A DNA stretch of 64,000 nucleotides. Origin: an uncultured Chlorobiaceae bacterium. GTDB taxonomy: Bacteria; Bacteroidota; Ignavibacteria; UBA10030; SZUA-254. The position numbers and the translations under genes were made by a program. The stretch spans positions 22,235-86,234 of the forward strand of contig CAZFXS010000009.1 of assembly GCA_964523395.1 (NCBI GenBank), in the 5' to 3' direction. How positions within the stretch are numbered: position 1 is the first letter of the stretch; the number at the start of each line of letters is the position of its first letter. Positions 37,251 to 49,200 of the stretch are shown in pieces. The notes under the pieces are model-generated. The model had not been told where the DNA came from. It was given only the letters and a program-made list of their open reading frames with translations, and made no database searches.

Positions 37251-38479
37251 TTAACATTATCGAAATAATTCTTCTGGTTGTCGCAGGGTTTTTCATCGTG
37301 TATCTGACGGCACTGAGCATTCTTGCACTTTTTGCCCGAAAAGAAAAATCGACTATCAGCTCCGGTATCCGGCGATTTGCGATTGTCGTCCCGGCACATA
37401 ATGAAGAAATTGCCATTGAGAGAACACTGAAGAGCCTCCTCGCCATTGACTATCCCAAAGGATATTTCGACGTCATGGTTGTTGCGGACAACTGCACAGA
37501 CCGCACCGCGGTTATTTCCCGTTCTTGCGGCGCGATGGTCTATGAAAGGACAAATACTGAACTACGCGGCAAAGGATACGCATTGCGATGGTGTTTTGAT
37601 CAGATTCTGGTAAAAAAGCCGACGTATGATGGAATAGTTGTTATTGATGCTGACAGCATCGCATCGTCGAATTTTCTGTCTGTCATGAACTATTATCTTG
37701 AGCAGGGCGCGGATGCCGTACAATGCAGTGATATGGTAGCGCCGCAGCCGGGAGCGTGGAGCTCGGAAATCACGCGGCTCGGCTTCACGCTGTATAATCA
37801 TGTCAGGCCGCTCGCACGCAGGTTGTTTGGATTTTCCGCAGGACTGCGTGGTAACGGTATGTGCTTCGCCGCCGATACGTTGCGTGAAGTTCCGTGGAAT
37901 ACATATTCGCTCAACGAAGATCTGGAGTATGGCCTTGTTTTACTCCTCCACAACAAGCCCATTGTATTTGCGCCTGAAGCAAAAGTCCTTGCGACAATGC
38001 CGGCAACTCCGGCAAATGCGGAATCACAACGATCACGATGGGAAAAAGGACGCTCCCCGGTCATACGAAGATATTTTTTTCCGCTTCTTCGTGCGGCATG
38101 GAAAAATATGTCATTGAAGCCTTTGGACGCTTTAATCGACCTTATCATTCCCCCATTTGTAAATTTAGTGGCTGTGATAGTAGCGGTTTTGGGAATCTCA
38201 ATTTTGCTCGCTATCTTTGGAGTATCGGAAGCTATACCCTTCGTTTTGCCGTTTACGATTCTCCTGATTTTGAGCTTTTTACACGTCCTTATCGGGTTGT
38301 ACGCATCAAACGCCGACAGGGACCTCTACAGCGCTTTGCTTCTCATCCCGCGATACGCGATGTGGAAATTATTTTTATATGTGAAAATTTTTGGGCGCGG
38401 AACCACAACCGAGTGGGTTCGGACCACACGAGAAGAAACATCGAAATCTTCCCTCGATAACGAGGGGGTTTCTCAATAG
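37247..38479 (+). CDS. Processive family-2 glycosyltransferase (synthase type; NodC/PgaC/cellulose-synthase-like) with N- and C-terminal TM helices
   Basis: GT-A motifs VVPAHNEE, DAD (VVIDADS), and the Q-R-S-R-W motif (ESQRSRWEKG). One N-terminal TM and at least three C-terminal TM helices. Confidence 0.85.
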   Translation: MINIIEIILLVVAGFFIVYLTALSILALFARKEKSTISSGIRRFAIVVPAHNEEIAIERTLKSLLAIDYPKGYFDVMVVADNCTDRTAVISRSCGAMVYERTNTELRGKGYALRWCFDQILVKKPTYDGIVVIDADSIASSNFLSVMNYYLEQGADAVQCSDMVAPQPGAWSSEITRLGFTLYNHVRPLARRLFGFSAGLRGNGMCFAADTLREVPWNTYSLNEDLEYGLVLLLHNKPIVFAPEAKVLATMPATPANAESQRSRWEKGRSPVIRRYFFPLLRAAWKNMSLKPLDALIDLIIPPFVNLVAVIVAVLGISILLAIFGVSEAIPFVLPFTILLILSFLHVLIGLYASNADRDLYSALLLIPRYAMWKLFLYVKIFGRGTTTEWVRTTREETSKSSLDNEGVSQ

Positions 38480-38510
38480 TATTTGAACCATTGTCAGAAA
38501 GAATTGTGCC

Positions 38511-38879
38511 ATGAGAAAAATCCTCATAATCGATGACGACGAAGTCCAGCTTATGCTTCAGCGGTCTATCCTAACTGCAGAGGGATATACTGTCTACACA
38601 ACAGCGGATGGACCACAGGGCATCACTTTGTTTAAGACACACCGGCCGGACCTTGTCTTACTTGATATCGGCTTGCCGAGCCTGAGCGGCATCGAAGTCC
38701 TGAAAGAGATCCGCCACCTTGATGATAAAGCCAAGGTGATTGTTATTACAGGATACGCGTCGGTTGAATCGGCAGTGCTTGCGTTACGCACCGGCGCACT
38801 TGATTATGTGCGAAAGCCATACGATGTCAAAGCATTGTTAAAGAAAATTGAACATGTTCTGTCGGTTGTCAGTGAATAA
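38511..38879 (+). CDS. Single-domain CheY-like response regulator (receiver only)
   Basis: Intact DD (IIDDDE), phospho-Asp (LVLLDIGLP), T (VITGY), K (YVRKP). Confidence 0.85.
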   Translation: MRKILIIDDDEVQLMLQRSILTAEGYTVYTTADGPQGITLFKTHRPDLVLLDIGLPSLSGIEVLKEIRHLDDKAKVIVITGYASVESAVLALRTGALDYVRKPYDVKALLKKIEHVLSVVSE

Positions 38880-38910
38880 CCGGGCAACCACAAGAAAGAA
38901 CGGTATCGAT

Positions 38911-40197
38911 ATGTATATGCGTTCGCTTATTATTATCATATTATCATTTTCCATATCGGAAATCTTATTCGCACAGCTTCACCACTTCAGCGTAGAGCAA
39001 AGCGGCGGCGGGATTATTTCCGATCAAACCGCGGGGATTCCTTTATTTATCCAGGTTGTAGCACAGGATTCAGTGAATAACACAGTAACTTCATTCAGCG
39101 GAACGGTGTCGATTACATCAACAGGCAATCTGACTTCCGGCGGAGGAACGTCGCCCTCCTTCATTTCCGGTATACTTTCTTCGCATAGTGTCACTATTTC
39201 ACCCGGAGGAAGCGTTAGCATTACTGCCACTCAAACTGCCGGTACGATCAACGGCACAAGTAACGTTTTTACAGTAAATAATCCTTTACCCTCAACAGCA
39301 AACATAAGCCCGAGTTCCAAAACGACGGGAGAAACCGGATTTACTATCACTGTCAACGGATCTGATTTTAACACCGCTTCTGTCGTACGCTTCAATGGTT
39401 CAGACAGAACCACAGTCTTTAATAATTCGACACAGTTAACTGCTACCATTTTAAGCTCAGATATTGACACATCGGGATCGTTTCCGGTAGCCGTATTTAC
39501 GCCGTCACCGGGGGGCGGAACATCCGCCGCGCAGCAATTCCTTGTAAATCCGCCCGTAGTAAATACCAAAATATATCTTGAAGGACCGTTTTCCGGAAGC
39601 ACAATGTCAACAGCTCTGCGAACAGGAAATTTTATTCCGCTTACCCAACCATACAATATTGCTCCGTTTACTTACGCCGGCACCGAAAATGTTGTGAGTA
39701 TTCCGGCAAATGTGGTGGACTGGGTACTCTTGGAATTACGGACAGGAACAGGCTCGGCGTCACGTGTTGCCCGCCGTGCCGCATTTATTAGAAATGATGG
39801 CGTGATTGTCGACCTTAACGGTACATCGCCGGTATCATTTCCAACAGCACCTATAGGAAATTATTTTATTGTCATTCACCACAGGAATCATCTTTCTGTT
39901 ATGACTCCATCAGCTGTAGCTCTTTCTCAATCGAGCTTACTTTATGATTTTTCCACCGGCCTCGCACAATATTTCGGCGGTAATGCTAAAGCACTTGGCG
40001 GTGGAAGATTCGGCATGTATGGAGGAGATTATTCGTCTGACGGTTTCCTGGACGCGGCTGATTTTATTGGCCCTGACAACGATGTTTTTCTCAGCGGTTA
40101 CCGCAAGTCAGATCTGAATCTCGATGGATTTGTGGATGTTTCTGATTTTGTGTTTCCCGATAACAACGTTTTTATAGGGACAAACGTACCGAACTAA
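38911..40197 (+). CDS. Secreted protein with Ig-like/TIG domains and a C-terminal dockerin-like double Ca-binding repeat
   Basis: Signal peptide MYMRSLIIIILSFSISEILFA (start moved to 38911). TIG-like FTITVNGSDFNTASVVRFNG. C-terminal DYSSDGFLDAADF and DLNLDGFVDVSDF repeats. No T9SS CTD. Confidence 0.65.
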   Translation: MYMRSLIIIILSFSISEILFAQLHHFSVEQSGGGIISDQTAGIPLFIQVVAQDSVNNTVTSFSGTVSITSTGNLTSGGGTSPSFISGILSSHSVTISPGGSVSITATQTAGTINGTSNVFTVNNPLPSTANISPSSKTTGETGFTITVNGSDFNTASVVRFNGSDRTTVFNNSTQLTATILSSDIDTSGSFPVAVFTPSPGGGTSAAQQFLVNPPVVNTKIYLEGPFSGSTMSTALRTGNFIPLTQPYNIAPFTYAGTENVVSIPANVVDWVLLELRTGTGSASRVARRAAFIRNDGVIVDLNGTSPVSFPTAPIGNYFIVIHHRNHLSVMTPSAVALSQSSLLYDFSTGLAQYFGGNAKALGGGRFGMYGGDYSSDGFLDAADFIGPDNDVFLSGYRKSDLNLDGFVDVSDFVFPDNNVFIGTNVPN

Positions 40198-40257
40198 CTT
40201 TTTTGGAGATTGCATCCCCTACATCTCCTTTTATGTGTATGGAATAACAAAATATCT

Positions 40258-43200
40258 ATGATGAGGTTGTTTATGAAAACGATACTTACGGTTTTGATGC
40301 TTCTGATGATATCGCAGCTTGCACTGGCACAGAACCCCACCTATGAGCTGGTTCTCAAAAATGACTCTTTGGTCAGTTCGACTATATATGAGTTCGACAT
40401 CGTGCTTCAGCGGACGGGGGGAACGGCATTTGAGCTTGCGAGCCTTCAGCCCATCATGACATTTAATACGGGTATTTCGAGCGGCTCGCTCACATTATCG
40501 ATGAATGCAGGAACATCAGAGCTCAACAGCTCGCAACAGCCGACGACGATGACTATCAATGGAAACGAGCTGAGAATTAATCCCAGAGTTCCGCCAGGAG
40601 CCGGATCGGGAACAATCATATCGACATCACCCGGATTGCGGGTTGGCCGTTTCCGGCTTACCAGCACTACGGCCTTCGAAAATCAAACGGCTGATATTGC
40701 CTGGAAAAATGATCTGAATCCATTTACGAGGGTGTTCGCGTATGTCAGTGGTGTCAACACCGAAATAACAGATTCCCTGACTCATTTGAACCAACTGGCG
40801 AATGCTAATCTGTCAGTTCCTTTTATTACAACCTCATCGCCATTGCCGGGCGCAACATCCGGGACACCATACTCGCAGACTTTAACCATCTCGGGTGGTT
40901 CCACACCATATTCATTTTCTCTAGTATCGGGAACCATAGCACCCGGACTCTCTCTGTCATTTTCAGGAAACATTACCGGTACCCCCACAACCGCAGGTAC
41001 ATTTAACTTTACGGTAGCTGTAATAGACGGAGCAGATCAAACCTCAAACAAAGAATTTTCAATAACCACCGTACCCGGATCAGCTTCTAAGCTTGTATAT
41101 ATTCAACAACCTACGACCACCGCAGTAACTGCCACAATTACTCCGGCTGTAACAGTCCAATTACAGGATGCGGCCAGTAACAATGTAACAACGGCAGGTG
41201 TATCCACAACTATTGCTCTTTCCTCCGGAACCGGCACTTTGAGCGGTACGCTTACTCAGTTAACAAATGCATCCGGTATTGCTACATTCAATAACCTCAG
41301 CATTAACCAGACCGGATCGAAAAATTTGACAACTTCAAGTACAGGATTGACGTCAGCGCTCAGTAACTTATTTACGATTACCCCCGGTCCGGTTTCCCAA
41401 GTAGCATTTATTCAGGAACCTACGAATACCACTGCCGGAAGCACTATTTCCCCAAGCATTTCTGTACAGTTACGTGATGCGCTGGGCAATAATGTCACTA
41501 CTGCCGGAGTTTCCATCACTCTTTCACTGACAACAGGTACAGGAACATTGAGCGGGACAACTACAAGAACGACCAATGGGTCGGGTCTCGCGGTTTTTGA
41601 TGACATCAGCATAAATCTGGCTGGTTCAAAAAATCTTACCGCATCGAGTACTTCCCTGACCTCAGATATAAGCAATGCATTTACCATCGCGGTCGGTCCT
41701 GCAAGCGTGCTTGCGATAATCCAACAACCGACCAATACCACTGCCGGCGTCAACATCTCTCCCTCGATTACCGTCCATGTCCAGGATGGATTTGGGAATG
41801 ATGTGAGCGGTGCGGGTGTCTCTATCGATATGACACTATCATCCGGAACCGGAACATTGGGTGGCAACACCTCACGCAGTACCACAGGGGGAGGTATTGC
41901 CACATTTAATAATTTAAATATCACTGCGGCCGGCGTTAAAGTGCTCACAGCTTCGAGTACCGGCTTGACCTCTGCGGTAAGCAACAGCTTTACAATACTC
42001 CCTGCATCCGCTTCACAGGTAGTGTTCGTCCAACAACCCACGAATACAGCGGCGGGAGCAACCATTACACCGGCAGTTACCGCACAGATACGCGATACTT
42101 TCGGTAATGATGTCGCCACGGCAGGAACATCTGTTACCATGTCGCTCTCCAGTGGAACAGGCACACTCAGCGGGACTACATCGCAACTGACTAACAGTTC
42201 AGGACTTGCAACATTCAGCGATCTGAGCATCAATCTTTCCGGAGCAAAGAATCTCACGGCAGCAAGCACAGGCCTGACATCAGCGATTAGCAGTGCATTT
42301 ACAATTTCCGCCGGAAGTGCCACGCAGGTTGTTTTCATTCAGCAACCGACAAATACAACGGCAGGAGCGACAATCAGTCCCAGTGTTACTGTACAACTCC
42401 GCGACGGTTTAGGAAATAACGTATCCAGCGCAGGAGTGTCTATTACTCTCTCATTAAGCTCCGGTACCGGAACGCTTAACGGCACCACCACACAATTGAC
42501 TAACGCTTCAGGTCTTGCAACATTTAATAATCTTAGTATTACCGCGGCCGGATCAAAAGCACTTACAGCCTCGAGCAGCGGACTCACCTCCGCAATCAGC
42601 AATTCATTCACAATCTCACCGGCCACTGCCACTACCCTTGTATTTTTGCAGCAGCCGACATCGACAACCGCAGCAACCGTAGTAACTCCGGCCATCACCA
42701 CAGAACTACGTGATAATTTTGGGAATACCGTTCCCAATGCCGGCGTCTCGATCACAATGGCATTAAGTTCCGGCACCGGAACTCTCTCCGGTACAACAGT
42801 TAGAACGACCGATGCATCCGGCGTTGCAACATTTAACGATTTAAGCATTAACCTCGTCGGATCAAAAGCACTCACCGCAAGCGGCAGTGGGTTAACTCCG
42901 GCAGTAAGCAATGCGTTTACCATTTCTGCCGGCGGTGCAACACAAGTCGCATTTGTACAGCAGCCGACGACAACAACAGCAGGCGCAACAATCAGTCCAA
43001 GTATCACCGTGCAGTTGCGCGACGGAGCAGGGAATGATGTCGCAAGCGCGGGGGTTTCCGTCACTCTTGCCCTTACGACCGGAACGGGTGTATTAAGCGG
43101 AACATTAACACAGCTTACAAATGCCTCGGGATTGGCGACTTTTAATGACTTAAGCATCAATCTTTCCGGTTCAAAAAACATTACCGCGTCGAGCGGAGGC

Positions 43201-46200
43201 CTTACGTCTGCGATCAGTTCTTCATTTACTATTAACCCGGCATCTGCAACACAACTTGTTTTTATTCAACAACCAACCGCAACGGCGGCAAACTCCCCGA
43301 TAACACCGGCTGTCACCGTACAACTGCGTGATAATTTCGGTAACAACGTCACAACCTCCGGAGTTTCCGTACTCATGACACTATCGTCTGGCTCCGGCGC
43401 GCTTTCCGGAACCACCACACAGCTGACAAACGGATCAGGCCTTGCAACATTCAGCGACCTGAGTATTAATCTTACAGGCGCCAAAGCGATCACCGCGTCC
43501 AGCTCTGGGCTAACTTCCGCAATAAGTAATTCATTTAATATTACCATCGGTGCCGCAACACAGATTTTGGTTGAGACTGCTGCGGATGGATCGGGCACTG
43601 TTGTTCCTTCACAGAATGTCGTTTCAGGAAATTCCATTACTGTATTCGCAATCAGCAGAGACGCGTCGAACAATTTTGTCGCGAACGTCGCGGCGACAAG
43701 CTGGCTGTTTCAAAACAGCACAGGCGGCATCGTCGGTGGGGATTTAGTCCCAAGCGGCGACAGCAGAAGCGCGACATTTACAGGCCACGTCACCGGGACG
43801 GCACAAATCAGGGCAACATCAGGGGTCCTGACACCGACGAATTCCGGAACTCTGACCGTCATTCCGGGTATTCAATCAAAGGTAGTATTTGTTCAACAAC
43901 CGAGTAACGGAATTGCTGGTGCCCCGATTGCTCCGCCCGTCACCGTACAGCTCCAGGATGCTTCAAATAACAATGTCGCATCGGCGGGAATTAACGTCAC
44001 ACTGGCACTTGCTTCAGGCACAGGAACACTTTCTGGCACCACAACCCAGGCAACAAACGGTTCAGGTCTTGCAACGTTTAACGACTTAAGTATAAATCAG
44101 ACGGGTGCAAAAACATTATCTGCTTCAAGCGGAGGATTGACAGGAGCGGTAAGTTCATCATTCACACTATCTTCTTATACAATTACAGCCTCAGCAGGAG
44201 CAAACGGGAGTATCTCTCCCTCGGGAGCTGTTTCAGTCACTCACGGTAATGACCAGTCCTTTACGATTACGCCCAACACGGGGTACAGCGTTTCTAACGT
44301 ACTTGTGGATGGCATATCTGTCGGAGCGGTCACGGGGTATACGTTCAGTAATGTCACGGCGAATCACACCATCGCGGCATCATTTTCACCCAATACACTT
44401 TCTATCACCGTCTCGACAACACCATCAGGACGGACGATTACAGTTGACGGAATAAATTACACGAGCCCTCAAACTTTTTCGTGGACAGCAAACACAACTC
44501 ATTCGATTGCGACTGACAGTCTTCAGAATCTGAGTGCGAGCACGCGGTATGCATGGACCAGTTGGAATGACGCCGGCGCGCGTTCACACAACGTCACGCC
44601 TCTCGTCAACACAACGTATACCGCAACATTCAAGACTCAATACCTCCTCACAATGAACGCGAATACGGGTGGAACGGTTACGCCGAACACAGGATTTCAG
44701 GATGCCGATTCATTTATTGTTATCAATGCGATCCCGAATTCCGGTTACAGTTTCTCCTCCTGGACCGGTTCCGGCCCGGGATCAGCCTCCGGCGGTGGAA
44801 CTCCCCGGACTATATTTATGGGCGGTCCGATTACACAAACCGCAAATTTCTCTCTTGACGACGTTCTTATCACGGTCAATACAAATCCCGCCGGAAGGAC
44901 ATTCAGAGTTGACGGCGCACTTTATTCTCTTCCGCAGACGTTTAGTTTTCAGCCCGGCTCTATTCATACTCTTTCAACTGACAGTATCCAGGCAGAAGTC
45001 GGCGGCACGCGGCTTCTTTGGTCAAACTGGAGCGACGGACAGGGACTTACACACGCTTTTGTTGTTCCTTCGACAAATACAACATACACGGCTAACTTCA
45101 AGAGACAGTACTTCCTGACAATGAATGCGGGTACCGGCGGGACAGTTTCTCCGCCCAGCAACTGGAATGACAGCGCCGCCGTTGTAGCAATTTCCGCGAC
45201 ACCAAGCGGCGGATATTCCTTTAGCGGCTGGTCGGGAACTGGAACTGGATCGTATTCCGGACCGGCAAATCCGTCTAACGTTACAATGAGCGGACCGATC
45301 ACGGAGAGCGCAAGCTTTACGTTATTCCCCGTGAACATTACCGTCAACACCAATCCTCCGGGAAGGACATTCACAGTTGACGGGGTTCAGTATACTAACT
45401 CTCAATCATTCGTCTGGTCGGCAACTCAAACTCATGAACTTTCCACGACCTCACCGCAGGGCGATACACTCACAAGGTACCTTTGGTCAAGCTGGAGCGA
45501 TGGCGGGGCACAAACTCATAATGTCGCACCGATCATTAACACGACATATACGGTGAACTTCACTACTCAACATTACCTGACCATGAATGCGGGAACCGGA
45601 GGAACAGTAAACCCGCCAAATAACTGGTTTAACAGCGGACAGGTTGTTGCGATCTCGGCGACTCCCGGCACAGGATATAGTTTTGGAAGCTGGAGCGGCA
45701 GCGGTACGGGCTCGTATACGGGGACAAATAATCCTTCTTCAGTGACAATGAACAGTCCGATCACCGAAACCGGGAATTTCACACCAAATACCATTCAGGT
45801 AACCGTGCAAACATCGCCGGCTGGAAGATCGATTATTGTGGATGGAGTGACATACACAGCGCCGCAACTCTTCAACTGGCTGGCAAATTCTAATCATTCT
45901 ATTTCCACTGACAGTATTCAAAATGGTGCGGCCGGAACACGGTATATTTGGTCGGGTTGGAATGATGCCGGCGCACGCACACATACTGTTTCATCCCTGG
46001 TCAATACAACTTTTACGGCAACCTTTTCAACGCAATACCTGTTGACAATGAATGCTGGCACCGGAGGAAGTGTAAACCCGCCAAGTGACTGGTTCAACAG
46101 CGGACAAGTTGTGCCGATTTCTGCAACTGCAACTACAGGCTATACTTTCTCAAACTGGTCGGGAACAGGAACGGGCTCATACACCGGAACGAATAACCCG

Positions 46201-49200
46201 TCATCAGTGACAATGAATTCACCGATTACAGAAACAGGAAACTTCACCGCCAATAATATTTCGGTTACCGTACAAACAGTTCCCGGCGGGAGAACGATTA
46301 TCGTGGATGGTACGACATACACGGCGCCGCAGGTCTTTAACTGGGTGGCAAACTCCAACCACACCATCAGTACTGATACCATTCAGAACGGCTCGGCCGG
46401 CACTCGTTATGTCTGGTCCAGCTGGAGTGACTCCGGTGCCAGGTCGCATACTGTTGCACCTCTGGTCAATACAACCTATACGGTCAACTTCACTACGCAG
46501 TATTTCCTCACCATGAATGCCAATGTCGGCGGTACAGTCCTGCCACCGAGCGGTTGGTATAACAGCGGTGACAATGTCGGTATTACTGCTACTGCCAACA
46601 GCGGTTACAGCTTTATCAACTGGTCAGGTGTCGGTTCCGGTTCCTACTCCGGCGGCAACAACCCCGGTAACGTCCTGATGTTCGGACCCATTACAGAAAC
46701 AGCCAACTTTGTGCAAAATCCGTATCAGGTCACCATCGGCACCAGCCCTGCCGGAAGAGCCTATCGTGTCAACGGCACTGATTACACCACACCGCAGACA
46801 TTCAGCGTTGCGCCCGGTAACGGCCTCTTCCTTTCGATTGTCACTGATCCGCAACCAGGAACTGCCGGTACACAATATGCCTGGTCAAACTGGAGTGACG
46901 GTGGAGCCATTAATCATTTCTTTGTCCCGGCAAGCGACTCCATTGTTGTCGCAAGCTTTACCACACAATATCTCCTGACCATGAATGCAGGTACAGGCGG
47001 TACGGTCAATCCGACCACCAACTGGTATAACAGCGGTACAAGTGTACCCATTACTGCCACACCGAATGTCAGCTACTCCTTCTCCAGCTGGACAGGAAGC
47101 GGCTCAGGTTCTTACACCGGACCCAACAATCCGTCATCCGTTACCATGAACGGTCCCATTACTGAAAACGCAAGCTTTACCCTTTTCCCTGTTCAGGTTA
47201 CCGTGCAATCTTCTCCTCCGGGAAAAACCATTATCGTTGACGGCACAACCTATACTTCTCCGCAGACTTTTGTTTTCACCAGCGGAACGAATCATACCAT
47301 TGCTTCCGACAGTATTCAGAGCGGCAGCGCCGGCACACGGTATCTCTGGACAGGATGGAGTGATGCGGGAACACGGTCACATTCTGTAACAGTGGTGAAG
47401 GATACGACATTCACCGTCAGCTTCAAGACACAGTTCCTCCTGACGACAACCGCGGGGACGGGCGGAACAGTTACTCCGCCGACAAGTTATTATGACAGCG
47501 CACAGGTTGTTCCTGTGACTGCCACACCGAACGGCGGATACACCTTTACCGGATGGACGGGAACAGGGACAGGTTCATACACAGGTCCGGTCAACCCGGC
47601 GAATGTCACGATGCACGCTCCCATCACACAGACGGCAGGGTTCTCGCTTGGTTCGGTGCAAGTTACCGTACAAACAGTTCCCGGCGGGAGAACGATTATC
47701 GTGGATGGTACGACATACACGGCGCCGCAGGTCTTTAACTGGGTGGCAAACTCCAACCACACCATCAGTACTGATACCATTCAGAACGGCTCGGCCGGCA
47801 CTCGTTATGTCTGGTCCAGCTGGAGTGACTCCGGTGCCAGGTCGCATACTGTTGCACCGTCATCTGATTCAACATTTGTTGTCAATTTTACACCCCAGCA
47901 TTACCTGACGATGATAGCAAACACGGGAGGAACTGCATCTCCTCCGAGCGGATGGGTAAATGCCGGAACGTTTGTTACAATAACTGCTACCCAGAACACG
48001 GGATACACATTTGTCAGCTGGAGCGGAAGCGGTTCGGGCTCGTATTCCGGAGGAAATAATCCCGGAGTGTTGCTTATGAACGGCCCGATTACCGAGACAG
48101 CAAACTTTACGCAAAACACAGTTCTGGTGACCATTAGAACAAATCCGTCGGGAAGAACATTTGTAGTTAACGGTAACGTGTATGTTTCCATATTCACGTT
48201 CAGTCTCCTTCCCGGTTCGCTTCATAACATCTCCGCAGACAGCATTCAGAATCTCGCGGGCGGAGTGCGGTATGTGTTTAAGAGCTGGAGCGACAGCGGC
48301 GCGCTGTCGCATTCAATCATTATTCCGTCACATGACACAACGATAACGGCAAATTTCGGTGTTCAGTATGCACTCACAACGGTGCCGAATCCGCCCACCG
48401 GCGGAGTTACCACACCTTCAGGACAAACATACTATAATATCGGAGATACGGCAACATTCAGTGCGACGGAAAACCCGGGATATCTTTTCATGGGATGGAG
48501 CGGAAGCTTCTCCGGAACCCAAAATCCGGCAAAGCTCTTGATGAACAGTGCAAAAACCGTTACAGCGAACTTCTCTCCGTCAGCGATGATTACCATCGCA
48601 ACACATCCTGCAGGGAGAACAATTGTTATAGACGACTCAACATACGTCGCACCGAGAACATTTAACTGGCTACTGAACACAAGCCATACAATCGGCACGT
48701 TGACACCGCAACAACTTGCGACACCGACCCAATTCCTATGGAACAGTTGGAGTGACAGCGGTGCTATTTCCCACACAATTACCGCCGTAAAGGATACTCT
48801 CATCGTTGCTGATTTCACCACTCAGCATTATCTCTACACTGTTGCCGGAGCCGGCGGATCAGTCACACCTGTTGATGGCGGATGGTACAACGAACACGAT
48901 ACTATCGGAATTTCCGCTACACCTGACTCCGGATTCGGATTCATAGAATGGCAGGGTACCGGAACCGGTTCGTATTCCGGCGGCAACTCAGATGCGACGA
49001 TCATCATGAATGGATGGATAGTGGAGTCTGCGACGTTCGGATTACTCCTTTCCCCGCCTTCACTTGCGGGAATTGCAAACGGCACAACTGATGTACCGCT
49101 TGCTCCGGTATTGAGATGGAATTCATACCCCGGCGCAACCGCATATATTGTACAGGTTGCGACAGATTCTCTGTTTAACAATACTGTTTTCGACAGCTCA

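Noticed and set aside
41412-43181. Long antisense ORFs (308 aa, 280 aa and many shorter ones on both strands) inside the giant repeat gene 40258..50919 and inside 51876..60731
   Set aside because: They mirror the Ala/Thr/Ser/Gly-rich sense repeats (antisense of GC-rich codons gives Val/Ala/Pro-rich frames). They lack start context and recognisable domains, and they overlap a strongly supported CDS. They are products of repeat composition.
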